Positions 23,484 through 31,236 of a stretch of 38,069 bases of DNA are shown here, in pieces (position 1 is the stretch's first letter; each line of letters begins with the position of its first letter). Source of the DNA: a virus; IMG/VR virus record IMGVR_UViG_3300045988_128374, positions 1 through 38,069 of that record, one strand, 5' to 3'. The notes under the pieces were generated by a model. The model worked only from the letters and a program-made list of their open reading frames with translations, was not told where the DNA came from and did not search any database. The translations under genes and the position numbers were made by a program.

Positions 23484-23921
23484 CTAACTTTGCCTTCCTG
23501 TAATCTCTGCTTTTATTCTATTATTTTCTTCCTGCAAGACCATGTTCTGCTCTTTCAAATCCTTTATTTTCCTTAATGTCTCCATCATTTTGCACTCAGT
23601 TTCATATTCACACTGTGTGTCAGGCATATACTCTATACACATTTCACATATTTCTTCTCTGTCCATCCTCTGCTCCATGCGGTCCTGTTTATACTGTATC
23701 TGCTGCCCTATTTCTGTATCATCAATGTCATAAATATCTTTCAGCATTTCAAGGTATATTGTTACGTCTGCCATTTCTTCAACAAGGCTTTCTTTGCTTC
23801 CTATACCTCTTATCTGCTTGCTTACTGCCTGTATCAGTTCTGAACATTCTTCCATGCATATAACGCTCTGTGTTATTCTGCCATATTCTTTAATGGATCT
23901 TTCGATTATGTCCTTATTCAT
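23484..23921 (-). CDS. MazG-like nucleotide pyrophosphohydrolase with a Cys-rich / coiled-coil C-terminal extension
   Basis: The motif is EECSELIQAVSK...VEEMADVTIYLEML (the EExxE...ExxD pattern of all-alpha NTP-PPases). Confidence 0.78.
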   Translation of the reverse strand: MNKDIIERSIKEYGRITQSVICMEECSELIQAVSKQIRGIGSKESLVEEMADVTIYLEMLKDIYDIDDTEIGQQIQYKQDRMEQRMDREEICEMCIEYMPDTQCEYETECKMMETLRKIKDLKEQNMVLQEENNRIKAEITGRQS

Positions 23922-24078
23922 TCCCGTACCTCCCGATTATGTCTTTTTCTTTGTAAATCATGTATTCTGCTGAATTTCCCTGTACGGCATATTCTATACT
24001 GCCGTCTTCACGAACAGTTATACGCCGTATCCTTGCTTTTATTAACACTTCATCATCAATGTTATACTTAGTTTCCAT
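23914..24078 (-). CDS. Small hypothetical protein (54 aa, absent from the ORF track)
   Basis: GGAAAGGAGAAGA precedes ATG 24078. The product reads METKYNIDDEVLIKARIRRITVREDGSIEY.... Its stop overlaps the MazG start by 8 nt. Confidence 0.5.
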   Translation of the reverse strand: METKYNIDDEVLIKARIRRITVREDGSIEYAVQGNSAEYMIYKEKDIIGRYGNE

Positions 24079-24091
24079 TCTTCTCCTTTCC

Positions 24092-24113
24092 CCCGGAAGC
24101 CGAAGCCTCCGGG
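24092..24113 (-). other. GC-rich hairpin with a UUCG tetraloop between the 413-aa gene and the 54-aa ORF
   Basis: The minus strand reads CCCGGAGGC-TTCG-GCTTCCGGG. No T run follows. Confidence 0.4.
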
Positions 24114-24187
24114 TATGCAGTCAATTTTGTGATATATATTTGACTTTGAATTAATAGGTACCGCTTTTTACTCTGTTTATATCTTCA

Positions 24188-25429
24188 TCAAGACCTGTTA
24201 CTGTTTTTTAATGTTACATATCTTTTTAATTCCGTTATGATTGATTTGCAGTTTTCCTCGACTGCTGCCACATTGCTCTCTGACGGAATGATAAAACCAT
24301 CTGAATAATCCCTTATAAACAGCTCTATCTTTCTGCCTGCCTCTTTTATCACTCTCCAGCATTCCTGTTCCGTCTCTTCGATATTCTCTGCTGTTTCTGG
24401 TTCTTCCTGCTTTTCATCTTCTTCTGTACTGTCTTTTGTTTCCGGCATATATTCAGGATGGTTTTCAATGCTGTCCTGTCCCGGTATCTGTTCATCCTCC
24501 GGCTTTTCTGACTCTTCATCCTCTGGTATCCGGCTTTGGGGCTGTTCCGGCTTTTGAAACGCACGTACTACTTTCTTCTCTTTGCGTACTGTCTTCTTTT
24601 CCGTCTGTTGCACCGGTGCAACTTCATCTTTTTCAGGATACGGTTCGTTATACATTTCCACGTATGCCTCTTTTATATCATCAGAAGCTGTATTAAATAC
24701 CCTGCTTACTGCTGCCATGACTGAATCAGCTTCCCATTCTGTTTTTTCGCTGTTTCTGACGTTTGTAAGTGTTATTTTTTTCTCTTTTGCCCTGACTGAC
24801 ATCATAAGTCTGCCTATGCCCGCAAGCCTTACTGAATAAATCATATCCCCTGCCGGTGCAAGGGCTTCAAAAAGCTGCTCCTCATCACGGTCTTTTGCTT
24901 CATACAGCCTGTCAAATATCTCAACATTGTCATTCGCAATCTGCCTGAATGCCTTTTCAAGCTCATTCATTTCTTTCGTTTCTTCTGATGCCGCCTCTGA
25001 CTGTTCAGCAAGCAGTTCAAGATCAGATATTTTCTTTTCTTCGTCATACTCATGCTTGATGTCTGCTATTTCCGCTTTTGAAAACTCCGGCGTAAGCTCC
25101 TCGATGATTGCATCAGGAAGCTGGAGCATTTCTGCAAGCTTTGAATATCCAAAACCTCTGTACTGCTCTTTTAAATACTGCGAATTGCCTCCCTCGCTGA
25201 ATCTGTCGTTTATATTTATAAAACGTGATACCGTCGTCTTATCAATGTGGTATTCTGCTTTTGCAAATTCTATTACGTTTGAATATCCGGATTCTTTAAG
25301 GATGTCCGTATCACGTGCCTTTTTAAGAAGATAGCCTATCCTTACAAAGCCTTCTGCTGATTCCGCAAGCTGACGGTCAAGCTCTGCCTTAAATGTTCTA
25401 AAATCTTCTATGTGCTCCAGTTCGTTCAT
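24188..25429 (-). CDS. Hypothetical early protein (413 aa) with N-terminal HTH-like region (DUF3102-like guess) and a strongly acidic C-terminal half
   Basis: An ATGA overlap couples it to the PcfJ-like gene. The N-terminus reads FVRIGYLLKKARD...GYSNVIEFAKAEYHIDKTTVSRFININDRF. It contains palindrome copy 3. Confidence 0.7.
   Translation of the reverse strand: MNELEHIEDFRTFKAELDRQLAESAEGFVRIGYLLKKARDTDILKESGYSNVIEFAKAEYHIDKTTVSRFININDRFSEGGNSQYLKEQYRGFGYSKLAEMLQLPDAIIEELTPEFSKAEIADIKHEYDEEKKISDLELLAEQSEAASEETKEMNELEKAFRQIANDNVEIFDRLYEAKDRDEEQLFEALAPAGDMIYSVRLAGIGRLMMSVRAKEKKITLTNVRNSEKTEWEADSVMAAVSRVFNTASDDIKEAYVEMYNEPYPEKDEVAPVQQTEKKTVRKEKKVVRAFQKPEQPQSRIPEDEESEKPEDEQIPGQDSIENHPEYMPETKDSTEEDEKQEEPETAENIEETEQECWRVIKEAGRKIELFIRDYSDGFIIPSESNVAAVEENCKSIITELKRYVTLKNSNRS
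24607..24622. promoter_or_regulatory. 16-bp perfect palindrome GTTGCACCGGTGCAAC, copy 3 of 4 (intragenic)
   Basis: This exact copy lies inside the 413-aa ORF and encodes VAPVQ. A half-site-like CCGGTGCAAG occurs at 24853-24862. Confidence 0.55.
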
Positions 25430-27384
25430 GCTGTCTTTCTCCTTTTTCTGCTTTCCAAATAACTTACATACTGCTCAAGTAGCGGTTTTATAATCTCCTC
25501 TTCCGGCTTTGTGTCGTTGTGGCCATACCACTGCCGTATAAGAGTGCCCTCTATCTCTATGGTTATATATGGCTCATCTGCCGTACTGTCTTTTCTAAGC
25601 AGAAGAATAAATCTCCGCCCTTCGTTATAATTTTTCATATAGCCCTGTGCATCAGAACCCACACAGTGATGCAGGATTCTTCCTTCCATCACAATCTCAC
25701 CTGCATCCTTTGCCGGGCGGATTGTATAACCCGACTGCTGCCATGTGTACGCTCTGCTTATCTTTTTGCTGTAATCTGCTATCTTTGGATATTTTTCCAG
25801 CATTTCTGCCATATATTTTTCGGACCTTTTCAGTTCGTTTTCCCGCCTTATCCTCGTATACGTTTCATACAGATTACCCGGGCGGAGATATACGTCATTT
25901 GACAGATCATCACCGGCCGATATGCGTTCTTTAAGATAATCTGCATATTCACGAACGGCTTCATATTTTGTATTATAGTGACCCTGACCCATATATCTTT
26001 TAATTACATTGTCAAGCCTTTCCGGCGTAAGATATTTAAGCACAAGCTCTAGGTCACTGTAATTACCATGGCAATTAAGATAGTACATAAAACCTGTCTC
26101 CCACTGCTTGAAGGGAATACTGTTCCTGTGTGCTACATGTGTAAATTCAAGCCTGCTTGAATCTTCCCCCAGCTTTATCCAGTTAAGCTCTTCTTTTGTT
26201 ACTTTTAAGGCATCTGCTACCGTTACAGCTTTTTTATTTATTTCCTTTGTTACTCCCTCTTTCCAGAGAATTCGTCTGCATATCCCGTTTAATCCTATTT
26301 TGTAAAGAGTTTCAATCTGCGGACAGCGTGCATAGCTTACAAGAGCCTGTATTTTTGCCAGTATCCGGTCTTTCTCAAGATAAGACCGGAGAAGCGTTTG
26401 CAGCCCTTCCGGACAGTATCTTAAATCACTTTCACATACAGCATCTGCACCTATACAAGACACGTCTTTTGTCTCTACAAGTTTTCCGGGATACATTGAA
26501 CGGCTCCATGTATTTCTGTAATCTTTTATATAAAATCTTGCATATCCGCGTTTTAAAAAAATTCTTTCATACTCCCTTGTATTCCTGTTCATCATGCTGT
26601 ACCGGCTCCTTGTTACATCCGTATAAAAAGCTCTTATCAGAAGCATTCCATCAGGAAGGCACTGGTACAGAAGTGTTGTAAATGCGTCATTTGATATTTT
26701 TGCACGTCCCGCCTGTATAAGCACGCCGCTTGCACCGCATCTCTTGCATTTGTAAATTTCACCTCTCTGTGGCATATATAAAGGCCTCATTCCACATGTG
26801 CAGAAATCTTCTGTATCGGTTCTTTTTGTGCGTTCGGTATAAGTCTCACCGCACTGTGCACATGTATATTCTGCCTTATTGCCGCTTCTTTTGTAATACA
26901 TGCGGTTTGTTGCCGCTATGTCTTTTTTAACTGATTCTGAAAACTCCTGCGGTACTTCCGGTATATCGTTAAAAAGAGTCTCCATCTCGAGAGTGCTTCG
27001 GTGCTCCCTCTCCCTTGTCTTTTTATAGTCAACCTCTTCCTCGACACGGAATATATCTGCACCATATTTATGTTTTTCACCGCTGACTGCCTCGGCAAAT
27101 TCTGTTATCTTCTTTGTATCTGCATCACTTATGTAAGCATTTTTAACTTCGCTATAATACTCGTTGTTCCATCTTATCCTTTTATCCCATTTTGCAGTCT
27201 TATAGTCATAGTTAGCATAATCATTAAATCCTGCTGCCATTCTGTAAATATGGGCTTTTTCCTTCCACAGGTCAGCTATCAGATACGATTCTGTTCCAAT
27301 CTTTACAATGTCGGCTGTTATGGTACATTTTCTTTTGCCTGCCAGCTTTCTCCCTGCATATTCAAGAACGCTTTTCTTTTTCAT
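25426..27384 (-). CDS. PcfJ-like protein (652 aa) with zinc-ribbon motifs
   Basis: The C-terminus (GRILHHCVG...Y...GRRFILLLRK...PYITIEIEG..IRQWYGHND) matches the PcfJ domain as I recall it. CxxC pairs are present (CAQCGETY...CTCG and CKRCGASG). Confidence 0.78.
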   Translation of the reverse strand: MKKKSVLEYAGRKLAGKRKCTITADIVKIGTESYLIADLWKEKAHIYRMAAGFNDYANYDYKTAKWDKRIRWNNEYYSEVKNAYISDADTKKITEFAEAVSGEKHKYGADIFRVEEEVDYKKTREREHRSTLEMETLFNDIPEVPQEFSESVKKDIAATNRMYYKRSGNKAEYTCAQCGETYTERTKRTDTEDFCTCGMRPLYMPQRGEIYKCKRCGASGVLIQAGRAKISNDAFTTLLYQCLPDGMLLIRAFYTDVTRSRYSMMNRNTREYERIFLKRGYARFYIKDYRNTWSRSMYPGKLVETKDVSCIGADAVCESDLRYCPEGLQTLLRSYLEKDRILAKIQALVSYARCPQIETLYKIGLNGICRRILWKEGVTKEINKKAVTVADALKVTKEELNWIKLGEDSSRLEFTHVAHRNSIPFKQWETGFMYYLNCHGNYSDLELVLKYLTPERLDNVIKRYMGQGHYNTKYEAVREYADYLKERISAGDDLSNDVYLRPGNLYETYTRIRRENELKRSEKYMAEMLEKYPKIADYSKKISRAYTWQQSGYTIRPAKDAGEIVMEGRILHHCVGSDAQGYMKNYNEGRRFILLLRKDSTADEPYITIEIEGTLIRQWYGHNDTKPEEEIIKPLLEQYVSYLESRKRRKTA

Positions 27385-27872
27385 CAGTCTTCGCCTCCAA
27401 GATAGTAAGCACGTATAATCTTATAGGCTCTTCCCATTCCCGGAATTCCCATTTTTACTGTTGCGGTAATCCCGGCCGCCTTTACTATTTCATCCGGAAC
27501 CTGATATGCGTTTTTAAAGCTCCAGCTCAGAAGCTGTGCAATGCAGCCCTTTATGCTTTTTCCCTTTTTTCTGACCGCCACTGCCATCTCCGGATGCTCT
27601 GTAGTATATTCCCGGATATAATTTACCCAGTCTTCAACTATCTCAACAGGTTTAAGCTCTTTTGTCTCAACGTCTATCTTTCCAAGTGCCGCCATGAGAG
27701 GAGTTGCTAGCTCTGCCACGTCACCATTTATATAATCTTCAACATCCGGCTTTTCAATGCCGTTTTCTTCCGCAAGCTCATACAGTGCTGTTAAATCTCC
27801 CTGTGCAAGCTGTCCTGCGGCAGCCTCATTAAGTTTCCCAGCTGAATCAAATTCACCAAATTTATCAAACAT
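27384..27872 (-). CDS. PcfK-like protein (162 aa; same family as proteins annotated AcrIIA9-like)
   Basis: The N-terminus reads F.SAGKLNEAAAGQLAQGDLTALYELAEENGIEKPDVEDYINGD...ATPLMAALGKIDVE. An ATGA overlap couples it to the PcfJ-like gene. Confidence 0.68.
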   Translation of the reverse strand: MFDKFGEFDSAGKLNEAAAGQLAQGDLTALYELAEENGIEKPDVEDYINGDVAELATPLMAALGKIDVETKELKPVEIVEDWVNYIREYTTEHPEMAVAVRKKGKSIKGCIAQLLSWSFKNAYQVPDEIVKAAGITATVKMGIPGMGRAYKIIRAYYLGGED

Positions 27873-27890
27873 ATTTATTCCACCCTTCTG

Positions 27891-28100
27891 TCATTTTTCG
27901 TCTGCCCGCATATGTGTATACGAGCAGTAGTTATATGTGTATCTGCCCTTTTTCAGCTTCCACGCCCACGTCTGGGCGTTATGTGATAAAAACGGCAGAT
28001 ATTTGCCGCAGATGCGGCATGTTGTTAATCCGTCACCCTTGTATTCAATATTTTTATGCTCTTTTTTTGCGGATGTTACTGGGTGTATTGATTGCTTCAA
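27891..28100 (-). CDS. Small Cys/His-containing protein (69 aa)
   Basis: The Cys/His residues are CRICGKYL...NYCSYTH. The ORF overlaps the upstream ORF by 47 nt. Confidence 0.5.
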   Translation of the reverse strand: MKQSIHPVTSAKKEHKNIEYKGDGLTTCRICGKYLPFLSHNAQTWAWKLKKGRYTYNYCSYTHMRADEK

Positions 28101-28341
28101 GCTCCGCCTCGAGCTGTTTTATCTTGTTGTCAACGCTGAAATTTATAATATTTTTAACTTCTTTCGTGACATCTTTGCCGAAACATTCATCAAGCGGCAG
28201 ACTGCTGCCGCTGTAATCTGTGACTGCAAGCGTAGCCTTGCCATTTGTAATGTCTGACGCATATGCTCTTGCTGTATCTATGTCAGAGCATATCTTTATA
28301 GCCTGTTTTGCCTTTTTAATGACCTCTTCTGTGTTTATCAT
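28054..28341 (-). CDS. Hypothetical protein (95 aa from ATG 28341)
   Basis: GGAGG lies 5 nt before ATG 28341 (MINTEEV). The start abuts the stop of the replisome-organiser gene. Confidence 0.6.
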   Translation of the reverse strand: MINTEEVIKKAKQAIKICSDIDTARAYASDITNGKATLAVTDYSGSSLPLDECFGKDVTKEVKNIINFSVDNKIKQLEAELEAINTPSNIRKKRA

Positions 28342-28342
28342 C

Positions 28343-28837
28343 TTAACCTCCGTTATCAATCAGCTCGGATTCATTTACATCATCTTCCCGCTGATTAAAA
28401 TTATTAAATTTGTTTTTTGATTCACGCATGTGCGTATTATTATCTTGTCTTTTTCTATATCTATATATGGCTACGGTTTCTCCTACGGTTTGTACTTCGG
28501 TTTGTACTTCGGTTTCTCCTACGGTTTTCCCTACGGATTTGAAAGTACAAATTTTATATTTATTGGGACTTCCTTTTTTTCCTCTCTGGAATTCTATCAG
28601 CCCTGCTTCTATTAATTTATTTCTGTTTTCGACTAACGTAGCCTCTCTTGACATCTGACAACGAGACATTACTCGCTGGTTATCTACTTGTATCCACTCG
28701 CACCACCCTGCCATATTATTGATACTTAATAACTTGTAGTACAATAATTGTGCAGCACTCGGCAAGTAATGACTTTCGAGCCACCTTTCAAACCCGTTCA
28801 GTTGTTTTATGTAGTCGATTCTCTGTTCTGTCCTCAC
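28343..28837 (-). CDS. Replisome organiser / DnaD-like replication initiator (winged-helix N-terminus)
   Basis: The motif is LPSAAQLLYYKLLSINN...WIQV.NQRVMS..QMSREATLVENRNKLIEAGLIEF.RGKKG..NKYKI. The gene has an internal iteron array. Confidence 0.68.
   Translation of the reverse strand: MRTEQRIDYIKQLNGFERWLESHYLPSAAQLLYYKLLSINNMAGWCEWIQVDNQRVMSRCQMSREATLVENRNKLIEAGLIEFQRGKKGSPNKYKICTFKSVGKTVGETEVQTEVQTVGETVAIYRYRKRQDNNTHMRESKNKFNNFNQREDDVNESELIDNGG
28471..28542. repeat. Six tandem 12-bp iterons (putative phage origin) inside the replisome-organiser gene
   Basis: The units are CTACGGTTTCTC, CTACGGTTTGTA, CTTCGGTTTGTA, CTTCGGTTTCTC, CTACGGTTTTCC and CTACGGATTTGA. An AT-rich tract (28441-28470) precedes them. 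Confidence 0.8.
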
Positions 28838-29220
28838 TGCACCACCTCTTCCAATACCACCTCTATTCGTGGATTATGCTTGTCTGTGAAAAAGTGGTCT
28901 TCAAAACCTACTATATTGTTCCAGCCATCATTATCCAGAACCTTACACTTAACAAGTGCATCCTGTATAAACTTATGTGCAACACCTGATATATTATCAA
29001 GGTCACGCTTTCTATTTGGCTCATAGAAGGTATATTTAATCCTCACTGGATTATTTATATGAGTACGCTTTAATTTAAGCCTTATTGCGTTAGATATAAG
29101 CATCTGATACTGCTGTTTCATGTCATTACCGTCACAATGTCCATTATGAAAACATCTTTCCGCTTTAAGGTATTCATTCAATCCCGGCAGTGTGCCTTTG
29201 ATTGTAAATGCATAGAACAT
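28834..29220 (-). CDS. rusA: RusA-type Holliday junction resolvase
   Basis: Start placed at ATG 29220 (MFYAFTIKG) after GGAAAGGAG. The motif RDLDNISGVAHKFIQDALVKCKVLDNDGW is present. Confidence 0.85.
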   Translation of the reverse strand: MFYAFTIKGTLPGLNEYLKAERCFHNGHCDGNDMKQQYQMLISNAIRLKLKRTHINNPVRIKYTFYEPNRKRDLDNISGVAHKFIQDALVKCKVLDNDGWNNIVGFEDHFFTDKHNPRIEVVLEEVVQ

Positions 29221-29304
29221 CTTTCTCCTTTCCGCCTCCCGGTAAGTATGCAACCGGGAGACTGGTTTTATTCTGCTGTGCGAAAAATGTGATATATTCA
29301 GCAG

Positions 29305-29622
29305 TTATAAATAAGACCTTCCATATCTTTCTCTGAAAGCTTCTCTGGCAGGATCATCTTCATTCCCATAAAGACTTCTATAATATTCTTTTTCCCATGC
29401 AAGCTGACCTGCTATCTTACTCAGCTTTTCAGCAATGCTGTTATCATGTATCTGCCTTGTACCACCTGCCATATTATGTTCAGCATCACATACAGGCATC
29501 TTTACTCCATCTTCTTCTGCAAGTTCTCTGATTCCTATACCGAACAACAGATGATGTTCTGTCTGTGTAGGCTTTCCACAAAAGATACAGAATCCGTTAT
29601 ATTTAGTTAAAACACTTTTCAT
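29305..29622 (-). CDS. HNH-like zinc-finger nuclease-type protein (105 aa)
   Basis: GGGGAGG lies 6 nt before ATG 29622. The motif is CIFCGKP..TEHHLLFG....R.LAEEDGVKMPVCDAEH...IH. Confidence 0.55.
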   Translation of the reverse strand: MKSVLTKYNGFCIFCGKPTQTEHHLLFGIGIRELAEEDGVKMPVCDAEHNMAGGTRQIHDNSIAEKLSKIAGQLAWEKEYYRSLYGNEDDPAREAFRERYGRSYL

Positions 29623-29623
29623 T

Positions 29624-30427
29624 CTATACCTCCCCAATCAAATCACTTGACCAGATAGGAACTTTAAGTATCTTTGTATGCTTGCAGTAATCACAGTGTT
29701 CACACCTTACCGGATCTATGTCATTATTCTTTAATGCCAGTATCTTAGGCACATTGTTCTCAACTTCTGCAAGAGCTTCATCAAGAAGAGACTGTTCACA
29801 TGCTATAACCTGTATATCCGGCTCTTTCTCCTTTGATACTGCTGCTATAAAGAATGGCAGTTTCTTTCCTGTATTAATTTCCACAACCTTCTGATATACA
29901 GCTCCCTGAAGGTAATATCCCCACTCATGCAGAAAATTCATGTTTCCTGCATCAGCATGATAGAATGTCTTGGTTATGCTCTGGCATGTCTTAAGGTCAA
30001 CAATGCACTTATCCTTAATATAACTGTCAATCTTAATTTTCCATTTAGCACCAAACATATCAGCAGTCATTATTACCTGCTTTTCTCCGCTCATATATGC
30101 CATAAATAACTCATCTCGTTCACATCTGTTAATCATTTCATTTGCCTTAATATATTTAGCCATAAGTGAACCGTCTTTCTTAAACATACATGGATGCTGT
30201 GCCTTGAATACATCAAGCGTTCCCTCAAAATGTGCATCAACATAAGAACCAACCATAAGAGCATCTGAATCTTCCATATTCTCAACCCATTCTTCATTGA
30301 GTTTAGCCATTGCATAGGCTTCACAACCAGGGCGACCAAGCGAGCCGATAAAATTTTTATACTGAGATACACTTAAGTATTCTCTGTCCGCATCTGTACT
30401 GTAATAATTTTCACTTGTCAATATCAT
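29624..30427 (-). CDS. PD-(D/E)XK Cas4/RecB-like exonuclease (DUF3799-like)
   Basis: The motif is ENYYS..ADREYLSVSQYKNF...IKIDSY...VDLKT. A C-terminal Cys cluster (CEHCDYC) is present. An ATGA overlap couples it to the SSAP gene. Confidence 0.8.
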   Translation of the reverse strand: MILTSENYYSTDADREYLSVSQYKNFIGSLGRPGCEAYAMAKLNEEWVENMEDSDALMVGSYVDAHFEGTLDVFKAQHPCMFKKDGSLMAKYIKANEMINRCERDELFMAYMSGEKQVIMTADMFGAKWKIKIDSYIKDKCIVDLKTCQSITKTFYHADAGNMNFLHEWGYYLQGAVYQKVVEINTGKKLPFFIAAVSKEKEPDIQVIACEQSLLDEALAEVENNVPKILALKNNDIDPVRCEHCDYCKHTKILKVPIWSSDLIGEV

Positions 30428-31224
30428 TCTGCAGCACCTCCCATAGGATTAGGAACTTCCTCTTCTACTGGGAAATAATCTTCCGCTTTAGCCTGTCCAT
30501 CCTTAAGGGCTTTATATACTCCTTTTAGGTTAATAAATTCATCTTCTCCGAAATCCGCACAATTACGTTCCGCATACTTTTCTATCTGTTCTCTTGTAAC
30601 TTTGAATTCAACTTTAAATGCATTAATAAGCTTGGTTACTCTTTCATTAATAGGCTCCTTGCCTATTCCTTTTCTAACAGTTTCTTTACACTCTCCAACA
30701 GCCATATCAACAACATCTCCTGGTATAACTCCAAGAATGCAGGCTCTCATTCGTCTTGCACCAAAATTAGCTGTTGCCTCATAAATATCTCTGCTGTCTG
30801 TAAGCTGATATGTACCCTTCCTAGTGTCTCTCTTATGCTCTACTGTAAATATCTTGGTAACTCTTGTATTTGATTCTAGATCCCAGGCATAAGCCATCAT
30901 CTCTGAAGAACCATTCTTCTGTTCAAGTTCAATAACTCCGTAATCAATATTACCCCAGTTCTGAGCAAGAGCTTCTGCAAGCCTTATAGATGGTCCCATA
31001 ACAGTCTGTCCGCCTCTTGGATAAGAATATATAGCCTGCTCTGCTAAAGTTGCTCTCTGGCATGTTCTCTTGATTCTCTCCATTGCATCATATTCATCTC
31101 TTGGGAACTTCTTAGCCATTACTATTGCTCCCTGAACTTCCTGTGCCTGTCTGCTTATCATTATCTCTGTCTGTGATGTTTTAGGAACAGCCATCTGCTG
31201 TCCCATCGGTATCATACTGTCCAT
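30424..31224 (-). CDS. Single-strand annealing protein (RecT/Red-beta-like; family uncertain)
   Basis: GGAGGG lies 7 nt before ATG 31224. The gene sits between the SMC-like ATPase and the exonuclease, the usual recombination-module position. The segment RDIYEATANFGARRMRACILGVIP resembles the SSAP C-terminal core. Confidence 0.62.
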   Translation of the reverse strand: MDSMIPMGQQMAVPKTSQTEIMISRQAQEVQGAIVMAKKFPRDEYDAMERIKRTCQRATLAEQAIYSYPRGGQTVMGPSIRLAEALAQNWGNIDYGVIELEQKNGSSEMMAYAWDLESNTRVTKIFTVEHKRDTRKGTYQLTDSRDIYEATANFGARRMRACILGVIPGDVVDMAVGECKETVRKGIGKEPINERVTKLINAFKVEFKVTREQIEKYAERNCADFGEDEFINLKGVYKALKDGQAKAEDYFPVEEEVPNPMGGAAE

Positions 31225-31236
31225 TAATTAACCCTC

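Noticed and set aside
28471-28542. Tandem repeats considered as a CRISPR array
   Set aside because: The units are contiguous 12-mers with no spacers. They lie inside a coding sequence, and no cas genes are present. An iteron/linker repeat is the better reading.
29254-29304. Hairpins (CTGCTG...CAGCAG and CTCCCGG...CCGGGAG) between the HNH-like gene and rusA, considered as a terminator
   Set aside because: The stems are short (6-7 bp), the loops are long, and no U tract follows on the minus strand. This is probably only local mRNA structure.
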